Below, piece by piece: positions 36,160 through 46,836 of a DNA stretch of 64,000 nt. The stretch spans positions 6,472 through 70,471 of the forward strand of contig CAWJIR010000005.1 in NCBI GenBank assembly GCA_963843015.1. The letters run 5' to 3'. This DNA comes from an uncultured Chloroflexia bacterium (GTDB lineage Bacteria > Chloroflexota > Limnocylindria > QHBO01). The translations under genes were made by a program, and so were the position numbers. The notes under the pieces are model-generated. The model had not been told where the DNA came from. It ran no database searches and was given only the letters and a program-made list of their open reading frames with translations. Each line of letters starts with the position of its first letter. The first letter of the stretch is position 1.

Positions 36160-36696
36160 TCAGACCGCGGTCAGGCGCGCCCGGAGCCGCTCGAGACGGC
36201 TGCGAACGCTGGCGTCATAGAGTCGATCCCCGATCCGCACCGAGATACCCCCGATGAGGCTGGGATCGACCACTTCGGTGAATTCCACCTGGCGCCCGGC
36301 CAGGCCTTCGAGCGTCCGCTCGAGTCCCGCGCGATCCTCGTCGTCGAGTGGGAGCGCGGTCCGGACCTCCGCTCGGGTGATGCCGCGCTGGCGCAGCACG
36401 AGCTCCTCGAAATGGCGCCGCATGGCCGGGATCGCCCCCGGTCGACCGCGCCGAATCATGAGCAGGACGAGGTTGAGCGGTCCGTCGGCGACTTCGGTCA
36501 CCGATCGGCGGAGGACCCGTTCCTTGTCCGCGAACGGCACCGCGGGATGCTGCATCACGGCCGCCAGCTCCGGGTTGGCGAGCGCCTCGCCGAGCACCGC
36601 GAAGTCCGCCTGCCAGCGGTTCAGGGCGCGATCGGCGGTGGCCACCTGGAAGGCGGCCTCCGCGTAGCGGCGGGCAGCGGTCTCGCGGCGCGCCAT
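36160..36696 (-). CDS. atpH: F0F1 ATP synthase subunit delta
   Basis: [19 protein letters not shown].. to ..[28 protein letters not shown] (178 aa) within ORF 36160..37194. The ATG is at 36696. Confidence 0.85.
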   Translation of the reverse strand: MARRETAARRYAEAAFQVATADRALNRWQADFAVLGEALANPELAAVMQHPAVPFADKERVLRRSVTEVADGPLNLVLLMIRRGRPGAIPAMRRHFEELVLRQRGITRAEVRTALPLDDEDRAGLERTLEGLAGRQVEFTEVVDPSLIGGISVRIGDRLYDASVRSRLERLRARLTAV

Positions 36697-36697
36697 C

Positions 36698-37194
36698 TCA
36701 GTTGCGGTTCTCGGACAGGAACTGCTCGACCAGCCGGCGCTGGGTCGGACCGTCCATCTCGGAGCCCACGAGCTTGCCGGCCGCGTCGAGGGCGAGGTCG
36801 GCGACCTCGGCCCGGATCTCGGCCAGGGCACGCTCCTTCTCGGCCGCGATCTCCTCGCGGGCGCGAGCGGTGAGCTGCTCGGCCGACGCCTTGGCCGCCG
36901 CGAGGATCTCGGCGCTGGTCGCTTCGGCCGTCTTGGCGGCCCGCTGGACGAGCGCCTCGGACTCCTGGCGGGCCTCGGCCAGCGCGGCGTCCCGCTCGGC
37001 GCGCGCCAGCTCCCGGTCGCGCGCGGCGGCGGCGGCGTCCTCCAGGCCCTGGCTGAGCTGTTCTGCCGCTCGTCGATCCGGCGCAGGGCCGGCTTGAACA
37101 GGAACCGGTTCAGGAGGTAGAGCAGGATCAGGAAGTTGACGATCTGGAAGCCGAGCTTGAAGACGTCAACGCCGAATGCCTCGAAGAACGCCAT
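36698..37194 (-). CDS. atpF: F0F1 ATP synthase subunit b (net frame change)
   Basis: TM N-terminus MAFFEAFGVDVFKLGFQIVNFLILLYLLNRFLFKPALRRIDER. The coiled-coil body is in another frame and ends ..EQFLSENRN* at TGA 36698-36700. The 497-nt length is not a multiple of 3. Confidence 0.82.
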
Positions 37195-37204
37195 GGTCCG
37201 GGCC

Positions 37205-37429
37205 TCAGCCGACCGCGAAGATCAGGATGAGACCGATGACCAGCGCGTAGATCGCCATCGCCTCGGTGAGCGCCAGACCCAGGATGTAGGGCACGAAGAG
37301 CGTCCCCGACGCCTCCGGGTTGCGGCCGATGGCCTCCATGGCCCGGCTGAAGCCGATCCCGATCCCGATGCCCGGACCGATGGTGCCCAGGCCGATGGCG
37401 AGACCGGCGGCGAGAAGTTGGAATTCCAC
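37205..37429 (-). CDS. atpE: F0F1 ATP synthase subunit c
   Basis: 74-aa hairpin protein with a GIGIGIG loop region, RNPE, and carboxylate helix LGLALTEAMAIYALVI. Confidence 0.93.
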   Translation of the reverse strand: MEFQLLAAGLAIGLGTIGPGIGIGIGFSRAMEAIGRNPEASGTLFVPYILGLALTEAMAIYALVIGLILIFAVG

Positions 37430-37477
37430 GGTGTTCGATTCCTCCTCTGTGCTCCGCCGGGCGGCAGAGCCTTGCTG

Positions 37478-38290
37478 CTAGGCCGTTCCCGGGGCGGGGC
37501 TGGCCTCTGAATGGTCGGGCGCCTCGCCCGCGTGCTCGTCCCCCGATTCGTGCTGCCGATGCTCGGCGATGGCGAGGGTGATGTAGGTCATGGTCAGAAG
37601 CGCGAAGACGAGCGCCTGGACGAATCCGAAGATCAGCTCCAGGCCAAGGAAGACGACTGGGCACGAAGCAGCGGCACCAGGGACAGGATGACCGCCAGCA
37701 GGACCTCGCCGGCAAAGACGTTGCCGAAGAGCCGCATCGACAGGCTGATCAGGCGCGACAGCTCGCTGATGAGGTGAATGGGCGTGAGGAGCGGGGTCAT
37801 GTACGCCGGCTCGGCGATGAGCAGCTCCTTCAGGTAGCCCCCAAGCCCGTTGGCGCGGATCCCCCAGGCCGATGAACGCAACGAAGGCGATGATCGCCAG
37901 GCCCAGGGTGAAATTCAGGTCGGCGGCAGCGGCGCGCACGAGCGGGACGAGCGTCACTTCACCGCCGTGCTCGCCTTCGACCGTGATCCCCACCACGCCG
38001 ACACCGGGCAGCAGCCCGATCATGTTCGCGACCAGCACGAACAGGAAGATCGCGATGACCAGCGCCGCGAACTCGGCCCAGCGCTTGCCGCCGGTGCTGC
38101 GCACGACGCCCGCCAGCCATTCGATGCGGCAGCTCCACCAGCGACTGGAACCGCCCCGGGACGAGCGTCGCCCGTCGCCGAACGTAGACCGTGGCGATGA
38201 GCAGCAAGGCGGTGGCGAGCAGCGCACCGACCATGCTGTTGGTGAACTCGAAGGGGCCGATCGTAAACAGGGTTTCCGCGGCGATGTCGA
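37478..38290 (-). CDS. atpB: F0F1 ATP synthase subunit a (several frame changes; start unclear)
   Basis: Pieces: HVDIAAETLFTIGPFEFTNSMV.., FLFVLVANMIGLLPG.., ISLSMRLFGNVFAGEVLL (conserved Arg helix) and LIFGFVQALVFALLTMTYI. No canonical start codon is in frame after the upstream stop. Confidence 0.82.
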   Translation of the reverse strand, partial: STSPRKPCLRSAPSSSPTAWSVRCSPPPCCSSPRSTFGDGRRSSRGGSSRWWSCRIEWLAGVVRSTGGKRWAEFAALVIAIFLFVLVANMIGLLPGVGVVGITVEGEHGGEVTLVPLVRAAAADLNFTLGLAIIAFVAFIGLGDPRQRAWGLPEGAAHRRAGVHDPAPHAHSPHQRAVAPDQPVDAALRQRLCRRGPAGGHPVPGAAASCPVVFLGLELIFGFVQALVFALLTMTYITLAIAEHRQHESGDEHAGEAPDHSEASPAPGTA

Positions 38291-38318
38291 CGTGAACCAG
38301 CTGTTGACCCTCTCTGCC

Positions 38319-38513
38319 CTATCTCCGCATCGCTTTCCGCGCGACGTCCCAGATGGTGTACATCGCGGCGGCCACCCCGAAGGCGGTCCCCACCAGGGTC
38401 AGCAGGGGTCGGGTTCCGAACACGCCATCCAGCAGCAGGCCGCCGAAGAAGCCGATCATCACCGCCACCCCGAGCCGGATCCCCAGATCGAGAGCGATCC
38501 CCCAGTTGTTCAT
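38319..38513 (-). CDS. AtpZ/AtpI-family small membrane protein
   Basis: 64-aa two-TM ORF (LGVAVMIGFFGGLLLD..LLTLVGTAFGVAAAMYTIW) directly upstream of atpB. Confidence 0.65.
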   Translation of the reverse strand: MNNWGIALDLGIRLGVAVMIGFFGGLLLDGVFGTRPLLTLVGTAFGVAAAMYTIWDVARKAMRR

Positions 38514-38749
38514 GGCCCCTCGTCCGGTTCTGCGCTCGGTGGGCGCGGTCGCCGCGCCCGGATGTAGAGCCAGATACCGATGGCCGAGGCCAGGCTGCCG
38601 AGCAACAGGCCGCCGAGCACGAAAATCGGCGAGGTCCCAGCCTGTGCATCGAGCACGAGACCGATGACCACGCCGCCGAGCATCGGGACCGCCATGATCA
38701 GGGTGACGTCACCCAGGATCCTGGCCGGCCCGGGGCTCGTGTTGGGCAT
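38510..38749 (-). CDS. AtpZ/AtpI-family small membrane protein (second copy)
   Basis: 79-aa two-TM ORF (VTLIMAVPMLGGVVIGLVLD..FVLGGLLLGSLASAIGIWLYI). It has an ATGA overlap with the next gene. Confidence 0.6.
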   Translation of the reverse strand: MPNTSPGPARILGDVTLIMAVPMLGGVVIGLVLDAQAGTSPIFVLGGLLLGSLASAIGIWLYIRARRPRPPSAEPDEGP

Positions 38750-38783
38750 TCAGCTCGACTCCGGGCGATCGGAAGCCGCGGCG

Positions 38784-38789
38784 AGTATA
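38784..38789 (-). promoter_or_regulatory. candidate -10 hexamer TATACT (minus strand) upstream of the atp operon
   Basis: The plus strand reads AGTATA at 38784-38789, ~35 nt upstream of the ATG at 38749, in the glyA-atp gap. No clear -35 was seen. Confidence 0.3.
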
Positions 38790-38820
38790 GCGTCTGGTCC
38801 CGGCGACCGCCCCTCTCGCG

Positions 38821-40083
38821 TCAGGCTCGCGTCCACGCCAGACCGGGGACCGGGAACCGCTCGGCGAGGGCCACGACCCGGCCGCGAACCTCGGCCTGGG
38901 CCGCCTCGTCGCCACGGGCCGCGATGCCGGCCACGATCAGCTCGCCGATCTCGTCCATCTCCTCGGTGCCCATCCCGCGTCCGGTGACGCATGGCGTGCC
39001 GACCCGGATCCCGCTCGCGACCATCGGCGGGTTGGGGTCGTAGGGAATGGCGTTCTTGTTCACGGTGATGTCGACCTCGCCGAGCGCAGCATCGGCTTCC
39101 TTGCCGGTGACGCCGAAGGGCGTGACGTCGACCAGGAGGAGGTGGGTGTCGGTCCCGCCCGACACGAGCGAAGCGCCATGCCCGGCAAGCGAGGCCCCGA
39201 GCGCCCGCGCGTTCTCGACGGTGCGCGCCGCGTCGGCCCGGAACTCGGCGCTCATCGCCTGGTGGAACGCGACCGCCTTGGCGGCCACGACGTGCATCAG
39301 TGGCCCGCCCTGGATGGCCGGGAAGACCGCCTTGTCGATGTCCTTGGCGAGGTCGGCGGTGCACAGGATCATCGCGCCGCGTGGGCCGCGCAGGGTCTTG
39401 TGGGTGGTGGTCGTGACCACCTGGGCGTGCGGGACCGGGTTCGGATGAACCCCGCCGGCCACCAGCCCGGCGAAGTGCGACATGTCGGTCATCAGGATCG
39501 CGCCAACCTCGTCCGCGATCGCGCGGAACGCGGCGAAGTCCCAGTGTCTCGGGTAGGCCGTCGCGCCGGTGATGATCATCTTGGGCCGGTGCTCGCGTGC
39601 AAGCGCACGCACCTCGTCCAGGTCGATCAGGTGGGTCGTGCGATCAACGTGGTACGGGACGAAGGCGTAGTACTGGCCGCTGAAGTTGACCGGCGAGCCG
39701 TGGGTCAGGTGCCCGCCCTGGTCGAGGGCGAGGCCCATCACCGTGTCGCCGCGCTCCAACAGGGCGTGGAAGACGGCCATGTTGGCCTGGGCACCGGCAT
39801 GGGGCTGGACGTTGGCGTGCTCGGCCCCGAACAGCGCCTTCGCGCGGTCACGGGCCAGGTCCTCGGCGCGGTCCACGACGTCGCAGCCGCCGTAGTAGCG
39901 GCGGCGCGGGTATCCCTCGGCGTATTTCGCGGTCAGGACCGATCCGGTGGCCTCCAGCACGGCACGGCTCGGATAGCTCTCCGACGCGATGAGCTCGAGG
40001 TTGGAGCGCGCGCGCGCCTCCTCGTCCTGGACGACCTGCCAGATCTCGGGATCTTCGGTCTGCAGCGCAGCCCAGGCATCCAT
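38821..40083 (-). CDS. glyA: serine hydroxymethyltransferase
   Basis: Intact 420-aa ORF with [29 protein letters not shown] and PLP-Lys region [13 protein letters not shown]. Confidence 0.96.
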   Translation of the reverse strand: MDAWAALQTEDPEIWQVVQDEEARARSNLELIASESYPSRAVLEATGSVLTAKYAEGYPRRRYYGGCDVVDRAEDLARDRAKALFGAEHANVQPHAGAQANMAVFHALLERGDTVMGLALDQGGHLTHGSPVNFSGQYYAFVPYHVDRTTHLIDLDEVRALAREHRPKMIITGATAYPRHWDFAAFRAIADEVGAILMTDMSHFAGLVAGGVHPNPVPHAQVVTTTTHKTLRGPRGAMILCTADLAKDIDKAVFPAIQGGPLMHVVAAKAVAFHQAMSAEFRADAARTVENARALGASLAGHGASLVSGGTDTHLLLVDVTPFGVTGKEADAALGEVDITVNKNAIPYDPNPPMVASGIRVGTPCVTGRGMGTEEMDEIGELIVAGIAARGDEAAQAEVRGRVVALAERFPVPGLAWTRA

Positions 40084-40116
40084 CGGTCCATCTCCTCCGC
40101 TGGTGGAGGCCCGAGT

Positions 40117-40519
40117 CTAGACCGCGGACATCCCGTGTGGCCCGATCTCGACCATCCGGCCATTCACCACCGATTGGCGGACCTCGTCCGGGACGACCAC
40201 GATCGGGATCTCGACGCCGTACAGCTCCGCGGCCACGGCCGCGCCGATGGCCAGGATGAGGTCCGACTCGCCCAGAACGATCCCCGCCGGCGCGGTCCCG
40301 GCCCGGACGGCCTCGGCAAGGACGCTGGCCGAGGAGGACGAGCCCCGGGCGGCGGGCATGATCACGATCCGTCCAGCTGACCACCGCGCCGTGCTGCGGA
40401 TGCCGCGGCTCGCTGACCTGCCCGGTCACGGGGTCCAGGCCGCCCCACAGCGACAGCGACTCGTCGAGCACGAGCGCCGGCGCGCGGGCGGTGCCGGGGG
40501 CGATGAGGCGGCCGCTCAC
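40117..40519 (-). CDS. aconitase X swivel-domain subunit (DUF126; one frame change near 40370)
   Basis: GTGA overlap with the upstream gene. SGRLIAPGTARAPALVLDESLSLWGGLDPVTGQV joins ..IMPAARGSSSSASVLAEAVRAGTAPAGIVLGESDLILAIGAAVA. Confidence 0.68.
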
Positions 40520-41790
40520 GGGCTGCCCCAGGCCTCGTCGCGCACGACGTGGCCCGCTACCGCGGACGCCACGCATTCCGCGAGGCTCCCCAACACGACC
40601 TGCGCACCGATGTTGCCCGGGGCGTAGTAGGCCCACTTCCCGGAATCGGTCATGACCGGCCCGCGCGGGTCGCGGAGGATGGGCGAGATGTACGAGCAGG
40701 TATCGACCAGCAGCTCGGCGCCGCCGGCTGCGAGCCGCGCCGTGACGCCGGCCTCCTCGCGCCTGGGCCAGCGTGTCCCGCCCGGTCGAGATGAGCAGCT
40801 CCACCCCGTCGGCCACCCGTCGGCCGTCCAGCAGGTCGGCGATCCGTGACAGCTCGGCTGCCGAGGCATGGGGCGTCCCAAGGCTGACGGCGCCGATCGG
40901 TCCCCCGGCGTCACCGCCCAGGTCCGCTCGAGCCCTCCGCAGGTCCGCCAGCGTGACGCAGATGCTCCTCCTCGGGATCCCCGCCCTGCAGTGCATCGGC
41001 GAGCGTGGCGGCCTCGGGCGTGGAGCCGACCACGTGCAGCAGCGCCACCGCCCCCGACGATGCCGCAGCGGCCCCGAGGGCCTTCAGCCGGTCCTCGCCC
41101 ACCCGCGACGGCAGCCCGACGACGGCCGCCACCCGGCCGCCGGCGATCTGGCCGACCACGATCCCGAGCACCGGATACAGGCTGTCGTCGTCGCGGAGCG
41201 TGGCCGGGACGTCATCCCCGAGCGTGATGACGACCTGGGCCCGTCGCGCCTCCGCTCGATGAAGGCCCGCGTCGGGGACGCGCCCGGTGATCGCGGCCGC
41301 GATGTCCATGAAGTCGCCGTAGCGGTTCGTCCGGGCGCCCAGGACCGAGTTCGCGAAGACGATGGCGTTGGACTCGCCCCAGGCGACCTGCTCCCCGAGG
41401 CGGGGCCGGGCATCGGCGAGCTGGTAGGGCGCGCAGGTGAAGGTCGGGCGGCAGCCGAGGCGCACGGTACTGCTCCATGAGCCGCCGGCCACGGGCCGCG
41501 AGGTCAGGGTCGCCGCGCCACAGCTCCGGATGGAGGAGGTCCACCGCTCCCACGTTCAGGGTCGTCGGCACGCGAACCTGCGCCCCGCCGTCCACCAGCC
41601 GATCGACGAAGTCCAGCGTCGCCTGCCCGTGGTCGAGGCAGGAGTCCACGTGGGCTCCCGTGATGGGGATCAGGCGCTCGGCATCGAGGACCTCGGCGGC
41701 GCGGACGACGAGGCGCATCGCCAGGGCGGCCCCCGGTCCGTCGTCGCCGCCGAGCAGCGCCTGCTCGCCGGGCTCGAGGTGGAGGCTCAG
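40516..41790 (-). CDS. aconitase X catalytic subunit (DUF521; several frame changes; apparent CTG start)
   Basis: ..AERLIPITGAHVDSC.., TFTCAPYQL..VAWGESNAIVFANSVLGARTNRYGDFMDI.., and LLVDTCSYISPIL..MTDSGKWAYYAPGN, spread over three frames. Confidence 0.68.
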
Positions 41791-42240
41791 CGACCGGACT
41801 CCTCGGCCTCCAGGGCGGAGATCTTCGCCACGCGACGGATATGGCGCCCGCCCTCGAACTCGGCGGTCCAGGAACGCGCGGACGCACGCCTCCGCCACCT
41901 CGGCGGTCGTCACCCGCGCCCCCATCGACAGGACGTTCGCGTCGTTGTGCTCGCGGCCCAGGCGGGCGACCTCGGGCGAGGAAGCCTGCACGCACCGAAT
42001 GCCACGGACCTTGTTGGCCACGATCGCCTCGCCGGTGCCGCTCCCACCGAGGACGATGCCGCGGTCGTACTCGCCGCGGGCCACGGCCCGGGCCACCGGG
42101 GCGATGACGTCGGGGTAGTCGACCGGCTCTTCGCTGTCGGTCCCGAAGTCGCGGTACTCGACGCCCATCTCCTCGAGCATCCGGCACAACAGGCTCTTCA
42201 GGACGAAGCCGGCATGGTCGGAGCCGATGGCAACCCGCAC
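41787..42240 (-). CDS. rpiB: ribose-5-phosphate isomerase B (3' frame change)
   Basis: VRVAIGSDHAGFVLK..DFGTDSEEPVDYPDV..GIVLGGSGTGEAIVANKVRGIRC..EHNDANVLSMGARV. After a shift it ends ..EFEGGRHIRRVAKISALEAEESGR*. Confidence 0.88.
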
Positions 42241-42245
42241 GGCGG

Positions 42246-42858
42246 TCAGTCTATCGGCCCCACCAGCGCCTCGAGCCGGTCCCGCCCGATGGCGCCATCC
42301 CGCAACAACCGCGGTCGTTCGCCGCTCAGGTCGAGGACCGATGACGCCACGCCCGCCCGGCGATTCGCCCTCGACCACGGCCGCCAGGTCGGCGGCCCCG
42401 GCGAACGCGATCAGCACGTCGTCGGTCGTGTAGCACTCGGGGAACCCGTGCGGGTTGGCGCTCGTCACCGGGAGCGGACCGGTGGCTGCCAGCAGGCCCT
42501 GGGTGACCGGGTGGTCGGGGGCGCGAACCCCGAGGGTTGGCTCGCCGCCGACCTCGCTCGTCGCGGCCAGGATCAAGGTCACGCCACCCGGCCAGCATGC
42601 GGAGGCAACCGCACGGGCGCGGTCATCCACCCTCAGACCCAGCTCGGCCGCCTGGGCCAGGTCTTTGACCAGCCACGCGATCCGCCGCTCCGCGGGCCGG
42701 CCCTTCAACCGGAACAGGCGCTCCAGGGCCTCGGCGTCGTTCGCGCGGCAGCCGACGCCGTGAACCGTATCGGTCGGGAAGGCGAGCAGGGCGCCGTCGC
42801 GAATCAGCTCGGCGGCCTGCGCCAGGCCTTCCGGCGTGGCGGGGAGGCGATCGGTCAT
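42246..42858 (-). CDS. tsaC: L-threonylcarbamoyladenylate synthase (TsaC/YwlC/Sua5 family; one frame change)
   Basis: LLAFPTDTVHGVGCRANDAEALERLFRLKGRPAERRIAWLV..PGGVTLIL..LGVRAPDHP..PVTSANPHG. The tail ..LLRDGAIGRDRLEALVGPID* is in another frame. Confidence 0.85.
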
Positions 42859-43717
42859 CCCAGTCGTTCCAGGCGCACGATCCGCTCGTGCCCGGACAGG
42901 TCGCGTTCGGTGGCCACGGACCACCGCCCGGGGAGATCGGCGACGGCGGCCCGGATCGGCTCCGCCTGGCCCGCGCCGATCTCGAGCAGCGCGGTGCCGC
43001 CCGCGGCCAGCCGCTCAGGCAGTTGCGCCAGCAATGCACCGATGAGGTCGAGCCCGCTCTCCCCGCCGTCCAGCGCCGCGGCCGGCTCCCAGCCGAGGCT
43101 GCCGACGCGGGTGGCGACCTCCGCGCGCGGCACGTAGGGCAGGTTGGCAACCACCACGTCGGGCTGGGGCGAGGCCCACCGTCGAGGAGGTCGGACAGGA
43201 CCACGGTGACGAGGTGGGCCACGCCATGTCCGGCAAGATTCTCGCTCGCCAGCTCGAGGGCGTCGGCCGAGACGTCGCTTGCAATCAGCCGCAGCCGTCC
43301 GAGCGCCAGCGCCGCCCGGAAGCGTCGCGCCAGGGCCACAGCCACCGCCCCGCTGCCAGTGCCCACGTCCCACGCGACGATGGGCCGGTCGTCGCGCACC
43401 AGCCGCCCCGCGATGTCGGCCACGGCGGCATCCACCAGCAGCTCGGTCTCCGGTCGCGGAATGAGGGCCCGCGGATCGGTGGCAATGCGGAGGCCGTACC
43501 ACTCCTTGAACCCGCGGATGTACGCGATCGGTTCCCCGGCGGCTCGGCGCTGGAGCCAACCGTCGAGGGCGGAGGAACCGGCGGCCGGCATCGGTTCGTC
43601 CAGGTGGGCCAGCAGCCACGCCCGATCTCGCTCGAGGGTCCATGCCACGAGCACCTCCGCGTCCAGACGGGCTGATGGCGATCCCGCGTCACGCAGCGCG
43701 CTGATCGCGCGGGCCAA
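42855..43717 (-). CDS. prmC: peptide chain release factor N5-glutamine methyltransferase (one frame change near 43170)
   Basis: EPIAYIRGFKEWYGLRIATDPRALIPRPETELLV..VAWDVGTGSGAVAVALA. It continues DVVVANLPYVP (NPPY motif) in ORF 42855..43643. Confidence 0.88.
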
Positions 43718-43758
43718 CGCCTCGGCCGGTCGTGTGTCCCGGCGCCGAGGGCGGCGCC

Positions 43759-44839
43759 TCAGCCGGCGACATCGGCTCCCGCCGCGGCGAGTCGCTCGGC
43801 CTGGTCGGCCTCGGCAAGGGGCTCGATGACCCGGTCGAGGTCCCCGGCCAGCAGGCCAGGCAGGTTGTGGACGGTGAGGCCGATGCGGTGATCGGTCACC
43901 CGGTCATCGGGGAAGTTGTAGGTCCGGATCTTCTCGGACCGCTCCCCGGTCCCGACCTGGGCCCGGCGCACCTCACCGCGCTCCTCGGCCTGTCGCGCGC
44001 GCTGGGCTTCCAGCAGCCGTGCGCGGAGCACGGACAGGGCCTTCGCCCGGTTCTTGTGCTGGCTCTTCTCGTCCTGGATGGCGACCACCAGCCCGGTCGG
44101 CATGTGCGTGATGCGCACGGCCGAATCGGTGGTGTTCACCGACTGCCCGCCTGGCCCACTGGACCGATAGGTCTCGATCCGCAGGTCCCCCTCGTCGATC
44201 TCGACCTCGACCTCCTCCGCCTCGGGGAGGACCGCAACCGTCGCGGTGGAGGTGTGGATGCGGCCGCTCGCCTCGGTGACCGGCACCCGCTGGACGCGGT
44301 GCACTCCGCTTTCGAATTTCAGACGGGAGTAGGCACCGTCTCCCGCCACCTCCGCGATGACCTCCTTGAAACCGCCCGAGCCGCTTTCGCTGGTTGACAG
44401 CAGGTCCACCTGCCAGCCGCGCCGCTCGGCATAGCGTCCATACATCCGGTAGAGGTCCGCGGCAAACAGCGATGCCTCGTCCCCACCCGTCCCCGCCCGG
44501 ATCTCGAGGATCACGTCCCGCTCGTCGTTCGGGTCACGGGGGACCAGGAGGCGGCGGAGCTCGGCGTCCAGCGCCGCCAGACGGCCCTCGAGGACCTCGC
44601 GCCTCTCCCCGCGCCATGTCTCGGACCTCCGGGTCCGCGTCCTCCAGGTGAGTGCGCGCAGACGTCAGCGCCCGGTCGGCCTCCTCTCGCTGGCGCAGGG
44701 CGTCGACGATCGGGTCCAGGCGCGCCAGCTCACGCCCGTAGCGCGCCAGGAGCTGCGGATCGGTGGCGGTCTCCGGCTGCGACATCAGGGCGACCAGCTC
44801 CTCGTGGCGAGAAATCAGCTCGCTGAGCTGATCGCTCAT
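43759..44839 (-). CDS. prfA: peptide chain release factor 1 (frame changes near 44520-44600)
   Basis: N-terminus is ORF 44534..44839. The core is ORF 43759..44514: [39 protein letters not shown] and [22 protein letters not shown] (GGQ motif). Confidence 0.94.
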
Positions 44840-45729
44840 GCCGGGGCGGGATCAGGCGCGTGGTCTTCGTCCAGCACCCGCTCGAGTGCGGTGATGCTCA
44901 CCTCGAGCATGTCGTGGTCCGGTGGGCGGGTGGTGAGCGACTGGAGCCACAGCCCGGGGGCGTAGATCGCTCGGATCACGCGGTTTCCGTAGTGGCGGGC
45001 ACCGAAGCGGACCAGCTCGTAGGCAACGGCCGCGACCACCGGTATCAGCGCGATCCGCGACAGCATGAGCAGCGGCAGGGGCACATCGGCTCGTGGGATG
45101 AGGGAGAAGAACAGGATGCTGATGACGACCACGATCAGCACGAACGTCGTCCCGCATCGGGTGTGGGCGGTGCTGAACCGATCCACCGACTCGGGCTCGA
45201 GCGGGGCCTCGGCCTCATGGGCGCTGATGGCCTTGTGCTCCGCGCCGTGGTAGGCGAAGACCCGTCGGACGTCGGACATCTGACCGATGAGGAACAGGTA
45301 GACGATGAAAATGGCGAGCCGGAAGCCTCCCTCCAGCAGGTTCGCCACCAGGTCGCTGCCGGCGGCCTCTTCGGCCACCTCCGACAGGACGAGTGGGAGC
45401 ACGAAGAACAGCGCCACGGCAAAGCCGAGCGACGCGATCATGGTGACGGCCAGCGTTCCCCGGCCGATCTCGATGTCCTCTCCCTCCGCGGCCAGTGCGG
45501 CCGAGCGCATCAGCATCCGGGTCCCGAGGATGAGGGTCTCGTACAGGACGAGCACGCCACGCACGAACGGCACGCGGAGCCATCGGCCGCCGCTCAATGC
45601 CCGGGGAAGTGCCTCGGACGTGGTGCGGATCTCCCCATCGGGCATGCGAACGCTCATCGCCGCGGTCGACCGGCCGCGCATCATCACGCCCTCGATGAGG
45701 GCCTGGCCGCCGTAGAAGAAGTCCGGCAT
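44836..45729 (-). CDS. DUF1385-domain membrane protein
   Basis: Start taken at MPDFFYGGQALIEGVMMRG. Contains FAYHGAEHKAISAHE and FSTAHTRCGTTF. It has an ATGA overlap with prfA. Confidence 0.8.
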   Translation of the reverse strand: MPDFFYGGQALIEGVMMRGRSTAAMSVRMPDGEIRTTSEALPRALSGGRWLRVPFVRGVLVLYETLILGTRMLMRSAALAAEGEDIEIGRGTLAVTMIASLGFAVALFFVLPLVLSEVAEEAAGSDLVANLLEGGFRLAIFIVYLFLIGQMSDVRRVFAYHGAEHKAISAHEAEAPLEPESVDRFSTAHTRCGTTFVLIVVVISILFFSLIPRADVPLPLLMLSRIALIPVVAAVAYELVRFGARHYGNRVIRAIYAPGLWLQSLTTRPPDHDMLEVSITALERVLDEDHAPDPAPA

Positions 45730-45860
45730 CCGGTAGCGCCGCGTGCCGGCCACGGCCTGGATGACGAACGGGCCGGCCGCGATCAGCTGCTCGGGAATGA
45801 GGAAGACCAGGTGTGGGACGAGCCGCCCCAGGCGGCCCGGGCTCGGCCGATCAGGCCGCG

Positions 45861-46067
45861 TCAGCGCGAGGCGCGCTCCATCCGCCGCTGGAACCGCTCG
45901 ACCTGGCCGGCGGTGTCGACGATGTTCTGGGTCCCGGTGTAGAACGGATGGCAATTCGAACAGACCTCGACCCGGATCGACTCGGCGGTCGATCCGACCG
46001 TGAAGGTGGTCCCGCAGGCGCAGTGCACCTCGGCCTGATGGTACTGCGGATGAATCTCGGGCTTCAT
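45861..46067 (-). CDS. rpmE: 50S ribosomal protein L31
   Basis: [45 protein letters not shown]. Confidence 0.95.
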   Translation of the reverse strand: MKPEIHPQYHQAEVHCACGTTFTVGSTAESIRVEVCSNCHPFYTGTQNIVDTAGQVERFQRRMERASR

Positions 46068-46070
46068 CGG

Positions 46071-46331
46071 TCAGGCCTCTTCCGCCACAACGCTGACCCG
46101 CTTCTTGTCGCGGGTCTCATGGGTGAACCGGACTCGCCCCTCGGTCGTCGCGAACAGGGTGTAGTCGCGTCCCATCCCGACATTGGGCCCCGCGTGGAAC
46201 GTGCTCCCCCGCTGCCGAACGATGATCGTGCCGGCCATCACGAGCTGGCCATCGCCGCGCTTCACGCCGAGCCGCTTGCCGGCGCTGTCGCGCCCGTTCT
46301 TCGAGGACGAGCCTGCCTTCTTGTGTGCCAT
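46071..46331 (-). CDS. rpmA: 50S ribosomal protein L27
   Basis: [52 protein letters not shown]. Confidence 0.96.
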   Translation of the reverse strand: MAHKKAGSSSKNGRDSAGKRLGVKRGDGQLVMAGTIIVRQRGSTFHAGPNVGMGRDYTLFATTEGRVRFTHETRDKKRVSVVAEEA

Positions 46332-46334
46332 CGC

Positions 46335-46773
46335 TCAGTCCTCCGTCGCCGCGGCCTTCGCCGCGCGCTTCGCTGGTGCCCTGGTCGCCCGCTTCGCGGG
46401 GGCTCGTCGCCCGCTTCACGGTGCCTTCGTCTCCGGCGGTGGCGGCCTTCCGGCCTGACGTGGCCGTCGCGATCTCGTCGATCCGGATCCGGGTCAGCTC
46501 CGAGCGGTGCCCGGTCCGGCGGCGGTAGTGGGCCTTCGGTCGGAAGCGGAAGACGATGATCTTCGGGCCACGTTCGTGGTTGACCACGGTGCCGAGCACC
46601 GAGGCGCCGTCCACGGTCGGTGTCCCGACCGTGACGCCATCGTCGTCACCGATGAGCAGGACGCGGTCGAACGTGACCGTGGCTCCAGCCTCGGCCCTCA
46701 GGCGGTCGACGACCAGGGTGCTCCCCGGCTCGACCCGATATTGCTTTCCGCCGCTGTCGACCACGGCGTACAT
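46335..46773 (-). CDS. rplU: 50S ribosomal protein L21 with Lys/Ala-rich C-terminal tail (one frame change at homopolymer 46398-46402)
   Basis: MYAVVDSGGKQYRVEPGSTLVVDRL..GPKIIVFRFRPKAHYRRRTGHRSELTRIRIDEI. Removing one G from the G5 run gives ..KRATSPAKRATRAPAKRAAKAAATED* and places GGAGGA upstream of the rpmA ATG. Confidence 0.9.
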
Positions 46774-46836
46774 GCTCGTTCTCCGTTTGGCGCGCAGGGG
46801 GTGACGCCAAAAGGCACCCTGTGCGGACCGCAGAGT

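Noticed and set aside
46774-46836. Possible ribosomal-protein leader or attenuator upstream of rplU (hairpin TTTGGCG..CGCCAAA on the minus strand)
   Set aside because: It has only a 7-bp stem in a 63-nt gap. I cannot match it to the known L21 leader, which is described mainly in Firmicutes. Without a covariance-model search it is too weak to call.
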